This document shows, one piece after another, positions 1-12,004 of a DNA stretch of 64,000 bases (positions are counted from its first letter, which is position 1; the number at the start of each line of letters is the position of its first letter). The stretch comes from Squalus acanthias (Eukaryota): positions 118,732,001 through 118,796,000 of the forward strand of contig CM059431.1 of the NCBI GenBank assembly GCA_030390025.1, given 5' to 3'. A model generated the notes under the pieces. That model was given only the letters and a program-made list of their open reading frames with translations, searched no databases and was not told the DNA's origin. Made by a program: the position numbers and the translations under genes.

Positions 1-386
1 AATGGTCGTAGGTTTCAAGGCCTCCACTAAGTACTGAAAAACAAAAGCTTGTAGGGAGGCTAAAACCAAAAAAATCAGGGAGGCCGAGCCACCGAGGCCT
101 GACTCTGTCTGGACACGGTGGCCATGGTTGTATACAAATGAGCTACAAGTTGAAGGTGGGAGACAAGGAGGTCATACCTTACAGGTCCCATAACAACACA
201 TGGATCCAAGTGAGAGTGACCTCCATGAGGAAGCAGAGGACCTCAAAAGGGTTAGGTTTAGAATCAGTAATAAACCGAGGTATAGCCTCTCAAAAGCATA
301 ATTTCAGTGGTAATAGAGAAAGAACCCTAAAGCGGGCTCCTTGGGAATATTGGGAGTCCCGTATGCGGGAGACCAGGAAGACTCCC

Positions 387-507
387 TGTGATATTTGAGA
401 CATAGCATATATATTCACAACAGCACAATATGGCTTCCGGTAAGAACTGTACTGCATATGGCTTTATTATTATATATATCAGTAGTCCACCAGGTGGCTC
501 TATTACA
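387..507 (-). repeat. 3' LTR of Gypsy 1 (121 bp)
   Basis: Direct repeat of 4788-4906 (about 7 substitutions and one 2-bp indel by eye); TGTG...TACA termini. Confidence 0.95.
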
Positions 508-702
508 CTTCTCACTCCTTATTGAAGAAGTTAATCACAGCAAATAATCATTGTGCATGACTTGCGTGGTATACACAACTCTTGGTATACATTTCTCAAA
601 TGGAACCCATTTTATGTTTCCAAATTCTACTTGAGAATTCTGTAACACAAACAAAAGATATGAACTTATTTTCCATATTTACAGATTAAACTTAACCACT
701 GG

Positions 703-3700
703 TTACCTTCTTTCTTGAACAGAACTTTCAGATCTTGTTGTAAGACTTTGACTCATTCTAGGCTGAGCCTGTGGAGAATGTTTCTCCAAGGGCTGACCTT
801 GATCTACATTTGGACTCTTTACACTTTCAGACTGTTTGTCTGCCTGACTTGGGCTCAGACTTAAATTCTGACTTTGTCTTGGACTTGTTTCTGGTACGTC
901 TGATGTAGGATTTGCTACTGGTACTCTACTTGTAACAAGACTATCTGACTCACCAGAATAAATTGAATCATCCCAGCTTTCAACTCCTTCCACATCTGTA
1001 GGTAAGATATGATCAATGTAAACAAACCTAAACTTTCCATAATCAAAAATCTTGACCAAATATGTGTGAGGGCCACATATCTTCACTACTCTTCCTGGTA
1101 ACCACTTTAACCATTTATGGTGATGATTCTTCACTCTAACCTTCTGGTTCAACTTCACACTTATGTCTCTAACTCTACCTTTATCATGACTCTCTTTCTG
1201 CCTTGATTGTTTCTCTTCTACGGACTGTGCCAAGTTTGGCTTTAACAATGAGGACCTGGTTCGTGGCTGTCATTTGAGAAACAACTGAGTAATTGTATGA
1301 GAAGTATTTCGATAGGTAATCAGAAAATTTGCCAGTTTGTGGTCCAATGACGACTGACGTTTCTTTGGATTTGGATCCAACATTTGCTTGATGAGGGCAC
1401 GTTTGACAATTTGTACTGTATGCTCTGCTGCACCATTTGAAGCAGGGTGGTACGGTGGAACTTTGGTATGTTTCACACCTTTTCTGCTTATGAACTGTGT
1501 GAACTCTTCTGAACAAAATTGCGGCCCATTATGAGACACAATTTCTTCTGGGAAATCTACATGTAACCTTTGCTGCACTTTGGGAGGCCATTTCCATGGC
1601 TGTAATAGTACTGATGGTGGTTTCTTGCTCACCACTTGACATGTTGTACATTGACTGACTATGTACTCGATCACTTTACCTAAACCTGGACACCATAAGT
1701 AACTGCGTGCAAAGCTCTTGGTCAAGCACATTCCCAGGTGCTGGTCATGAAGATCTCTTAGCAATTTAGACCTGAACCTATTTGGGATAACCACTCTTCC
1801 TTCCCACATGATGCAATCTTTATCCACTGACAATTCATTCCTATGAACAAAGTATGGATGGATATCTTCCTCTGATACCTCGTTTGGCCATCTATTTGCT
1901 ATCTAATCATACACCTTTGCCATAATTGGATCACGTTTGGTTGCCCTACCAATCTCTCCAGCTGTGACTGGCAGCTCATCAATGTATGAGAAGTAGAACA
2001 CTTCTTCCCTATTGGGTGTAACTAGTGAAGGGGATGGCAACCTGGACATAGCATCAGCATTACTGTGATCAGCTGATCGTCAATGTCATATGTATACGCT
2101 GACAAAATCAAAGCCCATCTCTGCATTCGGGCTGCAGCTAAGGTTCGAACTGGAGACTTTGGATGGAGGATTGCTGTCAGGGGCTTATGGCCAGTAACTA
2201 TGGTAAACTTACAACCAAACAAGTATTTGTGAAACTTCTTAACCCCAAAAATCAATGACAAAGCTTCCCTTTCGATCTGCGCATAATTCCGCTCTCTGGC
2301 ACTGAGAGTGCGTGAAGCAAAAGCAATTGGTCTCTCCTCCCCACTATCTAGTACATGAGAAATCACTGCCCAAACTCCGTACAGAGAGGCGTCACACGCT
2401 AGCTTGATCTCCTTAGTTACATCATAGTGAACTAACATGGTACTCTCTACTAACTGGCTTTTACACTCTTTGAATGCTGTGTCACATTTTTTTGACCACT
2501 TCCAAGGGACCTGTTTTCTCAACAATTCATTCAGTTGATGTAACAATGTAGCCAAGTTTGGCAGGAACTTTCCATTGTAATTCAAAAGACCCAAAAATGA
2601 TCGAAGTTAAGAGACATTCTTGTGAGTGGGTGCATTTCTGATTGCATCCAGCTTTCCCTTGGTTGGATGTAAACCATCTTTGTCTACTCTGTGCCCTAAG
2701 TACTCCACTGAGTTTTGAAATAACTCACACTTGTGAGCTGTCACTCGTACTCCGTGCTTCTCTAGCAGTTTGAGCATTTCATTTAACACCTCATCATGGA
2801 TTTGCCTGTTTGGTGCTGAAATGAGTATTTCATCCAAATAACACACTATCTCTTCAATTCCTTGCAAAATTTGGTTCATCACCCCCTGGAATACATCGGA
2901 GGCAGAAGACACTCCAAATGGTAGCTTATTGAACTGATATAGGCCTCAGTGAGTATTTATAGTCAAGCATGACTTGGACTCTTCATCTGACTCAAGTTGT
3001 AGGTAGGCGAAACTTCGAAAAGACCTGGCCACCTGTCAGCATTGTAAACAAATCTTCCACATTTGGCAATGTATTGGGTAGATTACACTCTAGAACCTGG
3101 TTTACAGTTACCTTATAATCACCACACAAACTTACCCTACCAAGTGACTTAGGTGCAACAAAAATGGGTGTAGCCCAATTACTCAGATCTACCTTAGAGA
3201 TAATGTTCTCAGTTTCTAGTTTTTTGACTTCTTGCTCAACTTTCTACTTGAGAGCGTATGGTACGAGACGTGGCTTGCAGTAAACTGGCCTTGCGTCCTT
3301 CTGCACTCTGACACTCACCTTGAAGTCTTGGATCGGACTGCCCGTTTCGCTGAACACCTTCGGATACTGCTTGACGACATCAACTTTCGATGCAAATTTT
3401 GCTTCCACATGAAAAATCTCATTCCAATCCAGCTTCAGTGATCCCGACCAATTTCTACCTATCAAGGCAGACTTGTCTCCTGCCACACTGATCCTTGTAT
3501 TTCACTGGTATGGTGACACTTCCTACTACAGAGATTTGTTCTCCTGAGTAGCCTCGCAGCTCTACCTTCGATTTCTCTAGTCGGCAATCACACAACTTGT
3601 CACGATATAGTGATTCCGGTACTACGCTCATGGATGCACCAAGTTTCCATGGGTATCCTGGTTCCTGTGACATCTACTTGGATGACGATACCTCACGAAT

Positions 3701-4615
3701 CGCTGTTAGATACCTTTGTGCTCCTGATGACGTGAATCTCCAGAAAATCTTCGTCCTGCTGCTTCTCTTCAACGGTATGTAATGTCTGCCGATTTCTACT
3801 TCTAGTATTGCTAGTCGGTTTACTCTTCTGTCAGCACGCCTTCGCAAATTGGCCCAGTTTTCTTGCAGTAGAAACACTCTGCCTTCACATATGGACAGCT
3901 TTGAGCGATGTGTTGCCCCAGGCATCAATAGCACAACTTCAATGCACTGTTACCTTGGTCAGTTGCTGAGGCCTTGGGGCCCAACTGCCTTTTACTTTTA
4001 GCCTGCAGCTGATTCACCTTGGTTGTCTGACGACTGGAAATGGCACGGAACTCTCGGGAGTATCAGTCGGCCATATCCATCGACATAGCTGTCTGACAAG
4101 CTAAGTCAAAGTCAAGTTAGGGGTTGTCAACAATTTTCTTCTGATACATTTATTTTTCAACACACAAACAAAGCGGTCACACAAAGCTCAGTCCTGAAAT
4201 TTTCCGAAATGACCGTGAATGGATAGCTTTTTTAAGGCTACAATGTACTCACTGATACCCTCGTCATTTAATTGATCATGTGTTCCAAAATGATAACTTT
4301 TAGCAATTTCCAGGGGCTCAGAACTGTAGTGCTGTTCTAACTTAGTTAGGATCTCCTTCAGTGGTGTGTCCTTTGGCTTGGCAGGAACAAGCAAATTTTT
4401 CAGGGTTTCATACACCTCGGGGCCTGCTTCAGTCAAAAAAATAGCCATTTCATTTCTAAAACCATCCATTTACGTTACGGTTTTCATCATCGGGGACTTT
4501 GACAATACTATTCACGGTGAAAAACATTTCTAGCCACTCCACAGACGCGGCAAAAGTCTCTCGGTCACGATGGAACTCACCCAAGCGTCCTATTATTCCC
4601 ATAGGCGTGGCCATC
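703..4615 (-). pseudogene. Gypsy 1 gag-pol, frameshifted
   Basis: Gag (AGPEVYETLKNLLVPAKP), RT (FQGVMNQILQG..CYLDEIL), RNase H (LACDASLYG..ERPIAFASRTLS..NYAQIEREAL), integrase (NGPQFCSEEF..PYHPASNGAAE). Confidence 0.9.
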
Positions 4616-4765
4616 TGGACTCTGCCAACTTTGACAGTTCAGCCATGTGTACTCGAAATTTACCTCGGATTTTTAAGTTTTTCTGCAAAACAAAAAACGT
4701 CTAGCAGTCCCACCGTCGGTTGGCAGGATTATCCTCCAACAAAAATTTCAGCTAGGGAATCCGCA

Positions 4766-4783
4766 ATCGCATCCTCATCACCA
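4766..4783 (-). promoter_or_regulatory. Primer-binding site of Gypsy 1, tRNA-Ser-like
   Basis: TGGTGATGAGGATGCGAT just downstream of the 5' LTR; resembles the tRNA-Ser(GCT) 3' complement TGGCGACGAGGATGGGAT with CpG decay. Confidence 0.7.
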
Positions 4784-4787
4784 ATTC

Positions 4788-4906
4788 TGTGATATTTGAG
4801 ACACAGCATATATATACAACAGCACCACATGGCTTCCGGTAAGAACTGTACTGCACATGGCTTTATTATTATATACATCAGTAGTCTACCAGGCGGCTCT
4901 ATTACA
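4788..4906 (-). repeat. 5' LTR of Gypsy 1 (119 bp)
   Basis: Direct repeat of 387-507. Confidence 0.95.
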
Positions 4907-5212
4907 CTCCCCTTAACCAGGTGGGATGGGACACACCCTGACCCCAAACATTAAATTGGTCATGGAATTAATAGGGTTTAGTTAAAGAGTTAGTATCACA
5001 CTAGGACAAAAAATAATTCAAGAGCATTGTAAAAGACTTCAATTAAATCACAAAGGAAGCGAGGGCTGACAGAATGGCTAGGAATAGGAATAGGAGCCAT
5101 GGCAAGGTTAGCAGGAATAAATAGAATAGATATAAAAAGTATGTGGGAATACATTGAGGTAATGAAAAGGCAATTGAAAAGATTATTGGCAAACAATGAG
5201 GCTAACCAGAAT

Positions 5213-6850
5213 TGTAGAGTTTTGCAATTATCGCGATTCAAAATAACGTGAGAGAAGCAGATTCAATTGATCAGTTTTATTAAACGAAATGCTGTCCTGA
5301 TAATAAAGGACACAGAAGCCTGTAAAATGGCCACCGCGCATCGTGGCAGAAGCTTCCAGAAACACAGTGGGCAGACAAGATAGCGTCGAATATACATTCA
5401 GTATGAGATTGGCTCATACTCGGTAAACATTGATAAAGACAGGATGCAACCCGTTTGCATTGTGAACAATAGCAATGATATAAGTGCTGGAATCGTTTTC
5501 CTATGCACAGTAATGATCATTGTACTGGGCAATCGAAGGCCCATCCAGACACATCAATACACAAATACACCCCCGGCTCTACAATGAGAGAGACATTGAC
5601 GGGTGATTAAGCCAGTATTCGGGGGGCCCCAAAACCAGTCAGGGAGATGATTCATACACATCCTGGCTGGTTTTCAACAATGGGGAAAACATTAACGGAT
5701 AGTTGACCAGTTTCAGGTGCCACCGAAACCCGTTAAAGAAGATAATCGCCCCATGCTGGGAGTTTTGAGCGCCAATACTACACAAAGGATAAACATTAAG
5801 ATTTGAGCGGGAGATAAGCGGACACATCACTATAACTATAGAGAACAAATGTCCATCGGGGGCTTATTCTCTTGATTCGACTCTTATCTCTCTGGTATCG
5901 CTTTCCTGGACGGTCAGCCTCTTGATTTTCTCTCTGGACTTTGTTGACTCTTGACTCTTAGCCGTACTGGTCGGTTATTCGAGTGTTGGGTGGAGCTCAA
6001 TCGGAACGAGCCGCCCCGACAAGGGCAAGTAACAGGGTACACCATCCCGAGTGTCGGTAAACGGTGTCTGGACCCGGAGGCCCGAGGAGACGAGATGAGA
6101 AGAAGACGAAAAGAAATTCCATGTGCCACCACGGTCAGTAAACCCCGACCGTGCCTGAAAAATATAAATCCAGGACTCTTCTTTGAGTTCTACAGACTAC
6201 AACCTGTACCGCACACAGGAAGACTCTTCTTTGAACGTTTTGAGTTCCATCGATTTCTTCATGACAACAGGGAGTCTGGCCTGATTTTCGCAGCAGCGAA
6301 AGTAAACAAGTGGGGTGCAGAAACCCTTCCAAACACGTGACAGTCAGGTGCTGCAGCGAAACGAGCTGAGTGCCTCACTTTAAATATCTCCGAAGTAAAA
6401 CGAGTGGTGAGCATGATTTCCGATCCTACAAATCCAGACGTAGTTTAGGTATTGTTAAGGGAGGTTTTTTTTTTTAATAAGGTTAAGGTATAATGTGTTC
6501 CCCTTTTTATGATGTGCCGTGTGTTCTCCATTTCCATAGACCAAGCTTTATGAATGTATGTATACTTGTACTCTCTCTGATTTGCGCCTATGACATGTAT
6601 TTCATGATTTTAGACGCCATGCAATAAAGATTTCCATTTCGTACTATTCAACCGGGTCTATTTGAGTTTTTCTCTGCATTACTGCTCCTTGCATCTAAGT
6701 CCAGGTGTTAGAACCGTAAGGGCGAGTGGGTCGAACCACTCACAGGTGCTTATTGCAAAAGGGCTGGCTGGAGACCAGAGCAAGCAATAGTATAGGCAAC
6801 GAAGGCCTAACCTCGCACCAGCACCGTCTGAGCACCGTGAACCCCTTACA
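5213..6850 (+). mobile_element. Long solo LTR (1638 bp), copy 1
   Basis: TGTA...TACA termini, 4-bp TSD GAAT, AATAAA near 6623, TATA-like near 6161; homologous to 41648-43028; interrupts env A. Confidence 0.9.
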
Positions 6851-7904
6851 GAATCAAGACCTTACTAGAGGTATCGTGCATAGCCTCTATGCAACATTTG
6901 TGATGAATATGGTACAGAAGGAACTGGACACCAGAGAACGTAATCAAATCCCTTTGTTTATTCACGAAGAACAACTGAGAAAATGGTTCAAAGGAACCAC
7001 AACATAGACTATAATATGATATGCCAGATGGGAATGGCATGTTTGGCCCTCCGAAATGAGGGCAGGGACGAGGAAATCATACCGCTGGTACTGGCACTAT
7101 TTTTGTCAGTAAGAATGGGAGTCAACCTTGGGACGTGTACTGGATAGTAGAGTCTATCGAAGCGAGTAAAGACTCTGGAATAGGCCCGATACATAAACAA
7201 TATGAAGAATACCCAAGCCATCTGATAAGGAATGCCGGAACTTGGATAGCACCGGACATAGAATGCTGCACCTTAAACGGGACCAGTTGAGTTTGTAGGT
7301 GTGATGTGGTACGAAGACATACCACTCCAGCCTGCAGGTTTATAATTGATGAGGAATCATCCAATTGTAAGATGAGTCAAAGACTCTGGGAAGAGGGATG
7401 GACTAATATAGCCTACAAAGGCAAGGAAAGATACTGTGAGACCACCACAGCTGCTTTTATGACTGTTGGATTAACAAGATGGCCCAGACCAGAACATTGA
7501 TTCTGTGTGTTTCCAGCTGGGAAAAACCCAAATTGGTGATAAAACATTGGTGCCAGCACACCATCATAATGTGACCCACCTACAAGTGAGGAGGTTTTGG
7601 AGAATGAGACGATTCAAGCAACCTCCCACAATGGACATTATATACCCCCTCTAGCCCTCAGTTTCCCATGGGTTAGACTATTTCAGATGGGATTGGGATT
7701 GGTGATAGGCATTAGGGATCCTGGCCATTTTATTATGTCGTGTGAGGAATTTGATGTGGGACATAGAAAATATAAGGAAAGATAAGGAGATAGCAAGGGC
7801 AATAAAAGCAAGCCAGGATTATTAAAGACAAAGAAGGATATAAAACATTTTTCTAAGAGGTAACGAAACCCATCGGGAATTTTTTTTTAGAAAGTAGGAC
7901 AGGT

Positions 7905-8130
7905 TAGCATATTATAGATTTTATGTTCAAGTCTCTGGAGTAGGGCTTGAACTTATGAGTTTCTCCTCAGAGCCGAGTGCCACCACTGAGTCAAGGCTGT
8001 CCATCAGAGGAACAGAAAGTTTGGAGTTTATGGGGTTGTAGGGCGAGTGGAGGTTACACAGATACAGAAGGGCGAGGCTATGAATAAGTTTTAACATGAG
8101 GATGAGAATTTAAAATTTGAAGCTTTGGGA
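7905..8130 (-). repeat. tRNA-SINE head fragment plus LINE-like fragment
   Basis: 7915-8000 matches the head of the SINE copies at 14760-14850 and 50570-50630. Confidence 0.5.
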
Positions 8131-8140
8131 GAGGGAGAGC

Positions 8141-8712
8141 TGTTGGCATCTGGAACTCGGTTAATTCAGCTTCTGAAAGGTATTCATGATTCGTTCATTC
8201 GATAGGGGGAAAAAATGTGGTTGGTATCATTGGAGAGAGAGAGAGAAAGAGAGAGACACAGATTTCACTTAGCAACAGCTGGTGTTTGCAACCAACCGGC
8301 CTTGGATAGAATAGAATAGAATGTTTAGATTAGAAATATTATGTCAGGATAAGAAAGTCTAGAGACTGGAAGATACCACAGCAAGGCCACGATGTTTTTG
8401 TGTGCTTCTAACGTTGTTGATGAATGTTGAAGAAAATGCAGACTTGTGTCTCTGGACTATGCAGTAGCCAGAGATGACCATATTAGGTAATGCCTGCTCC
8501 AGTTTGATAAGAAAACAGTGTATAAATGTCAGCTTTTTGCTTTGTTCAGAGAGCACAGAAAGACCCATGTCTGGGTTTGCGCGCTCTATCTGTGACTATA
8601 TTCTACTTGTAAATTGCTTTTTATGCTGAAGTTATAGAATAAAACGATTATGACCAGAAGACTGAATTCGTTACTACTCAAGTGAATAAACAGAACTTTG
8701 TTTCAGACAACA
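8141..8712 (+). mobile_element. Candidate 3' LTR (572 bp), possibly belonging to the env A element
   Basis: TGTTG...CAACA termini, purine tract GGGAGAGGGAGAG immediately upstream, two AATAAA near the 3' end, no TSD. No partner LTR in the window. Confidence 0.5.
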
Positions 8713-9059
8713 CCCTGCCAGAGTTTGCAGGATCACTGAGAATGCAACTTATTTACATGGGACTGATGGATGCTGACTTCACTATGGGTACATCTCTACC
8801 AACTGCCTGTCCCATGTGGCCCCACTGGGGAGCTATGGAACTCTCCCCTTGGCTCATGTAAGGGGGGGCGATCCAAAAAGCAATCAACCTATTCTTCAGG
8901 GGTTCACACCACTTCTCTTGCCTGGATCTTGCTCGCTCCCCCCTGCCCCCACCGTCCCCATTGAAGCCCATTTCTACTCTTTTGGAGTTGGTGCATCTCA
9001 TCTATCTTGGCAGAGCTGTCATTGATATCCCCCATGTGGCTATAAGGGCCCCATCAATT

Positions 9060-9370
9060 ATGTTAATAGTAAAGGATTGGACACTATTAGGTTTATTGTG
9101 GAACAGACAATTGGAATACTGAAGCCTTGCTTCCAGTGCCTGGACAGAACAGGTAAAATCCTGCAGTATATTTCAGCAAGGGTTTTCAGAACCATGGTGG
9201 AGTTCAGCATCCTACATAATTTGGCCATTACTATAGGATTGAGCCTTCCAAGCACAGAGGTTGAAGAGGAAGAAGCTGCTAGAGACCAATCCACTCGGCA
9301 CTGTGAAAAAGCCCAGGTGGGACGGGAGGTGGGTCCAGACGCTCTGCTGCCAATGGCAAGTACCATCAGG
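9060..9370 (+). pseudogene. Harbinger (HARBI1-like) transposase C-terminal remnant
   Basis: RFIVEQTIGILKPCFQCLDRTGKILQY...SILHNLAI motif. Confidence 0.8.
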
Positions 9371-9379
9371 CAAGAGAAT

Positions 9380-10110
9380 TACATAGAATGCACAGCACAG
9401 AAACAGGCCATTCAGCCCAACTGTTCCATGCCAGTGTTTATGCTCCATACGAGCCTCCTCCCACCCATCTTCATCTAACACTATCAGAACAACCTTCTAC
9501 TCCTTTCTCCCTCATGTGTTTATCTAACTTCCCCTTAAATGCATCTAGGCTGTTCGCCTCAACTAATCCTGTGGTAGCGAGTTCCAAATTCTTACCATTC
9601 TCTGGATAAAGAAGTTTCTCCTAAATTCCCTATTGGATTTATTAGTGACCATCTTATATTTATGGTTCCTAGTTTTGCTCTCCCCCAAAAGTGGAAACAT
9701 CTTCTCTATGTCTATCCTATGAAACCCTTTCTACAGTAAAACAGTGACTACACTTCAAAAAGTACTTCATTGGCTGTAAAGCGCTTTGGGACATCCGGTG
9801 GTTGTGCAAGGTGCTATATAAATGCAAGTAAGTAAGTAAGTCAGTCAGTCAGTCTTTCTTTCTTTCTTTCTTAATTTTAAAGAACTCTATCAGGCTGCCC
9901 CTTAGCCTTCTCTTTTCTAGAGAAAAAAGCTCCAGCCTGATCGGTATAACCTTTCATCCTTGATCTGGTATCATCCTTGTAAATTTTTTTTGCACCTCCT
10001 CCCGTGTCTCTGTATCCTTTTTATAATATGGAGACCAGAACTGTGCATAGTACTCCAAGTGTGGTCTAACCAAGGTTCTGTACATGTTTAACATAACTTC
10101 TCTGATTCTC
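9380..10110 (-). mobile_element. CR1 LINE 3' fragment, with a SINE tail inserted at ~9733-9872
   Basis: YRTLVRPHLEYYAQFWSPYY..FTRMIP; the inserted tail ends in (CTTT)n and matches the SINE at 14423-14850. Confidence 0.8.
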
Positions 10111-11699
10111 AATTCTATCTCTGTATCCCTCCTTTTATGATCCATGGCCTTGCTCTCAGCCAATCTGTAATACCTCTGTTATCTGCTCTGGGAAAGGATA
10201 GTTACAAACATTAATCACCATACAAAAGGATAACAAGAAACCTCCCAGGAAGAAATACACAAACAATGAATTGCCAGAAATGTACATGTTTTATACTGTC
10301 TTGTCCCTTCATTACTACCACTGCCATCTCTTCTCAGTATGACTACCCCTTGTGCCTAAAACTGTTTTCACTCGTGACCCCAACCTCTTACTTCTACATA
10401 GTTCTACCTCAGTGGGAGGAGGTGGTGAATTTTGTGACTGGGACTGTATCAACGGACTCCTCTTAGACTGAGGTATTGATGACAAATCCATAACCTAGTT
10501 ATTGCCTTTCCAGTCAGACTGGCTTTTTGCAGAATCAAAATTGAATGGGAATAAGCCAGTTCTCCTAGATAGTTAAGTTGATTACCCACCCAACCAAAGG
10601 AGGATAAAGAAGATCAGTACCTGGATGTATCCCCTGATTGAGTTGCAAGCCTCAAAATCAATTATCTACAAATATTGGAGGACCATAGTATATGAGCTGC
10701 ACTGCTCGATTGGACACAGTTTGGAGTGATCTTTATGGGCTCCAACCGCTTTCCTGCTGATTCTGAATTAACCGTGACATCCAGTTTTTTTGCTACAGAG
10801 TTTTTTCAAGCACCAGGAAGTATTTTATTCTCTCAATTTTAGTAAGCAAGCCATGTCCACCTCCATTTACCAAGTGACTGATGCACGGTTATGGAAGGCT
10901 GGCAGATGCATTATTTTTTTTGGAATCGTTAGAGACAACTAGCCAAACAATGAAAGCTTTAACTGTCCTTGTCACTTTCAGGGCCTTGGGTGTGGGGACT
11001 GGCTGTCAATTTAGTGGCATACATCAACCATAATGGTTTCTATTTCCTCAGTGGTGCCAATGCAATGATACTGGCTGGGCCGCACTGGGATTTCCATTCC
11101 AGAAATGGAGTATCAATGAGCTGAATAGGCCACATAATGTGAGGTCAGCTCATTTGCATAATGAGACAGCCCTTCCAATGCATAGAGCATGATGCCCTGG
11201 GAGTGCATGGGGACAGAGGCAGGAAGGTCACTCACTAATGACCATGGAGAAGGTGTTGGCTGCCTGTTCATTGCTGTAGCCCACCGAGTGCCAAATGCTC
11301 TCATTTCAATATATGCTAATGAAGGCCGATGGCACTGCCACTCTCAGTTTCCTGCCGTAACCCCCTCAATGAACTCAGGGTAAATTTGAGTGTAATTTCG
11401 AAGGTGCAGTTGCTGCCAGGCTCAGCTTATACAGGCTAAAGTGAAGAGTTTCTGAGCTGAAGAGTCTGAAGACTTTGACTAATGATTTCTGCAGCTGGAA
11501 CACACTTTTTGCAGCAATTTATTTTGCTATTGAGCCTACATAATCCAAGGCTTGCCTCTCACTGCTTCTAACAAGAGTTAGATCCCGCCCCCCACCCCAC
11601 CACTGCCACCCCCCACACACACTGTCAGCAGGCAGGGCTTCTCAAGGGCAAGTATACCCTTGTATGCCAGTAACATGGAGGTGGAAGAGCAGCACAGGG

Positions 11700-11960
11700 T
11701 GGAGCAAAGGAGAATCAGGCAGCAATTAAGAAGTATGCAGCCCACCAGATATTAACACCCTTACCCCCATAAAATATAAAGGCAGTACAAGACATATTGG
11801 GATCTTACTTCAGAGTTGTGTATAGGAAGAGTGCGCTTCACCAAAGAGGTCATAGAGTAGCTCCGTCACCTACCAGTTGATGACCTGGAGCCATGCTTAT
11901 CTGCCTGCACTGTTCTCTCCGTGGCTATGAAGGTGACCACCCCACTGAACTTTTACAGCA
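11700..11960 (+). pseudogene. Harbinger transposase N-terminal remnant
   Basis: Degenerate translation ..TYWDLTSELCIGRVRFTKEVIE*LRHL..DLEP..LSVAMKVTTPLNFY. Confidence 0.6.
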
Positions 11961-12004
11961 TTAGCTAATTTCTGCAAGATTAGCTGTCTCTGGTCTCTTC
12001 AGGG

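Larger units (their letters stand above)
387..4906 (-). mobile_element. Ty3/Gypsy LTR retrotransposon 1 (degenerate, full length)
   Basis: TG..CA LTRs at 387-507 and 4788-4906; 5-bp TSD CTCCC (382-386, 4907-4911); PBS next to the right LTR; purine tract AAGGAGTGAGAAG on the minus strand next to the left LTR; gag-PR-RT-RNaseH-IN fragments between. Confidence 0.95.
138..7830 (+). pseudogene. env: Disrupted F-like (lokiretrovirus-type) env gene A, in pieces ~138-386, 4912-5212 and 6855-~7830
   Basis: ~5050-5212 translates QRKR|GLTEWLGIGIGAMARLAGINRIDIKSMWEYIEVMKRQLKRLLANNEANQN (furin site, fusion peptide, heptad). This continues in frame into QDLTRGIVHSL...QIPLFI once the solo LTR and one TSD are removed. 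7306-7500 WTNIAYKGKERYCETTT matches YTSVVYKEQGAYCWTTT of the env at 33377-33658. Hydrophobic remnant near 7710-7745. Assignment of 138-386 to this env is weak. Confidence 0.7.

Noticed and set aside
5951..6340. 129-aa ORF inside the solo LTR as an accessory gene
   Set aside because: Non-ATG start, no recognisable motif, and most of it is absent from the second LTR copy.
9077..9478. Domesticated host HARBI1 gene
   Set aside because: Short degenerate fragment among several decayed Harbinger copies.
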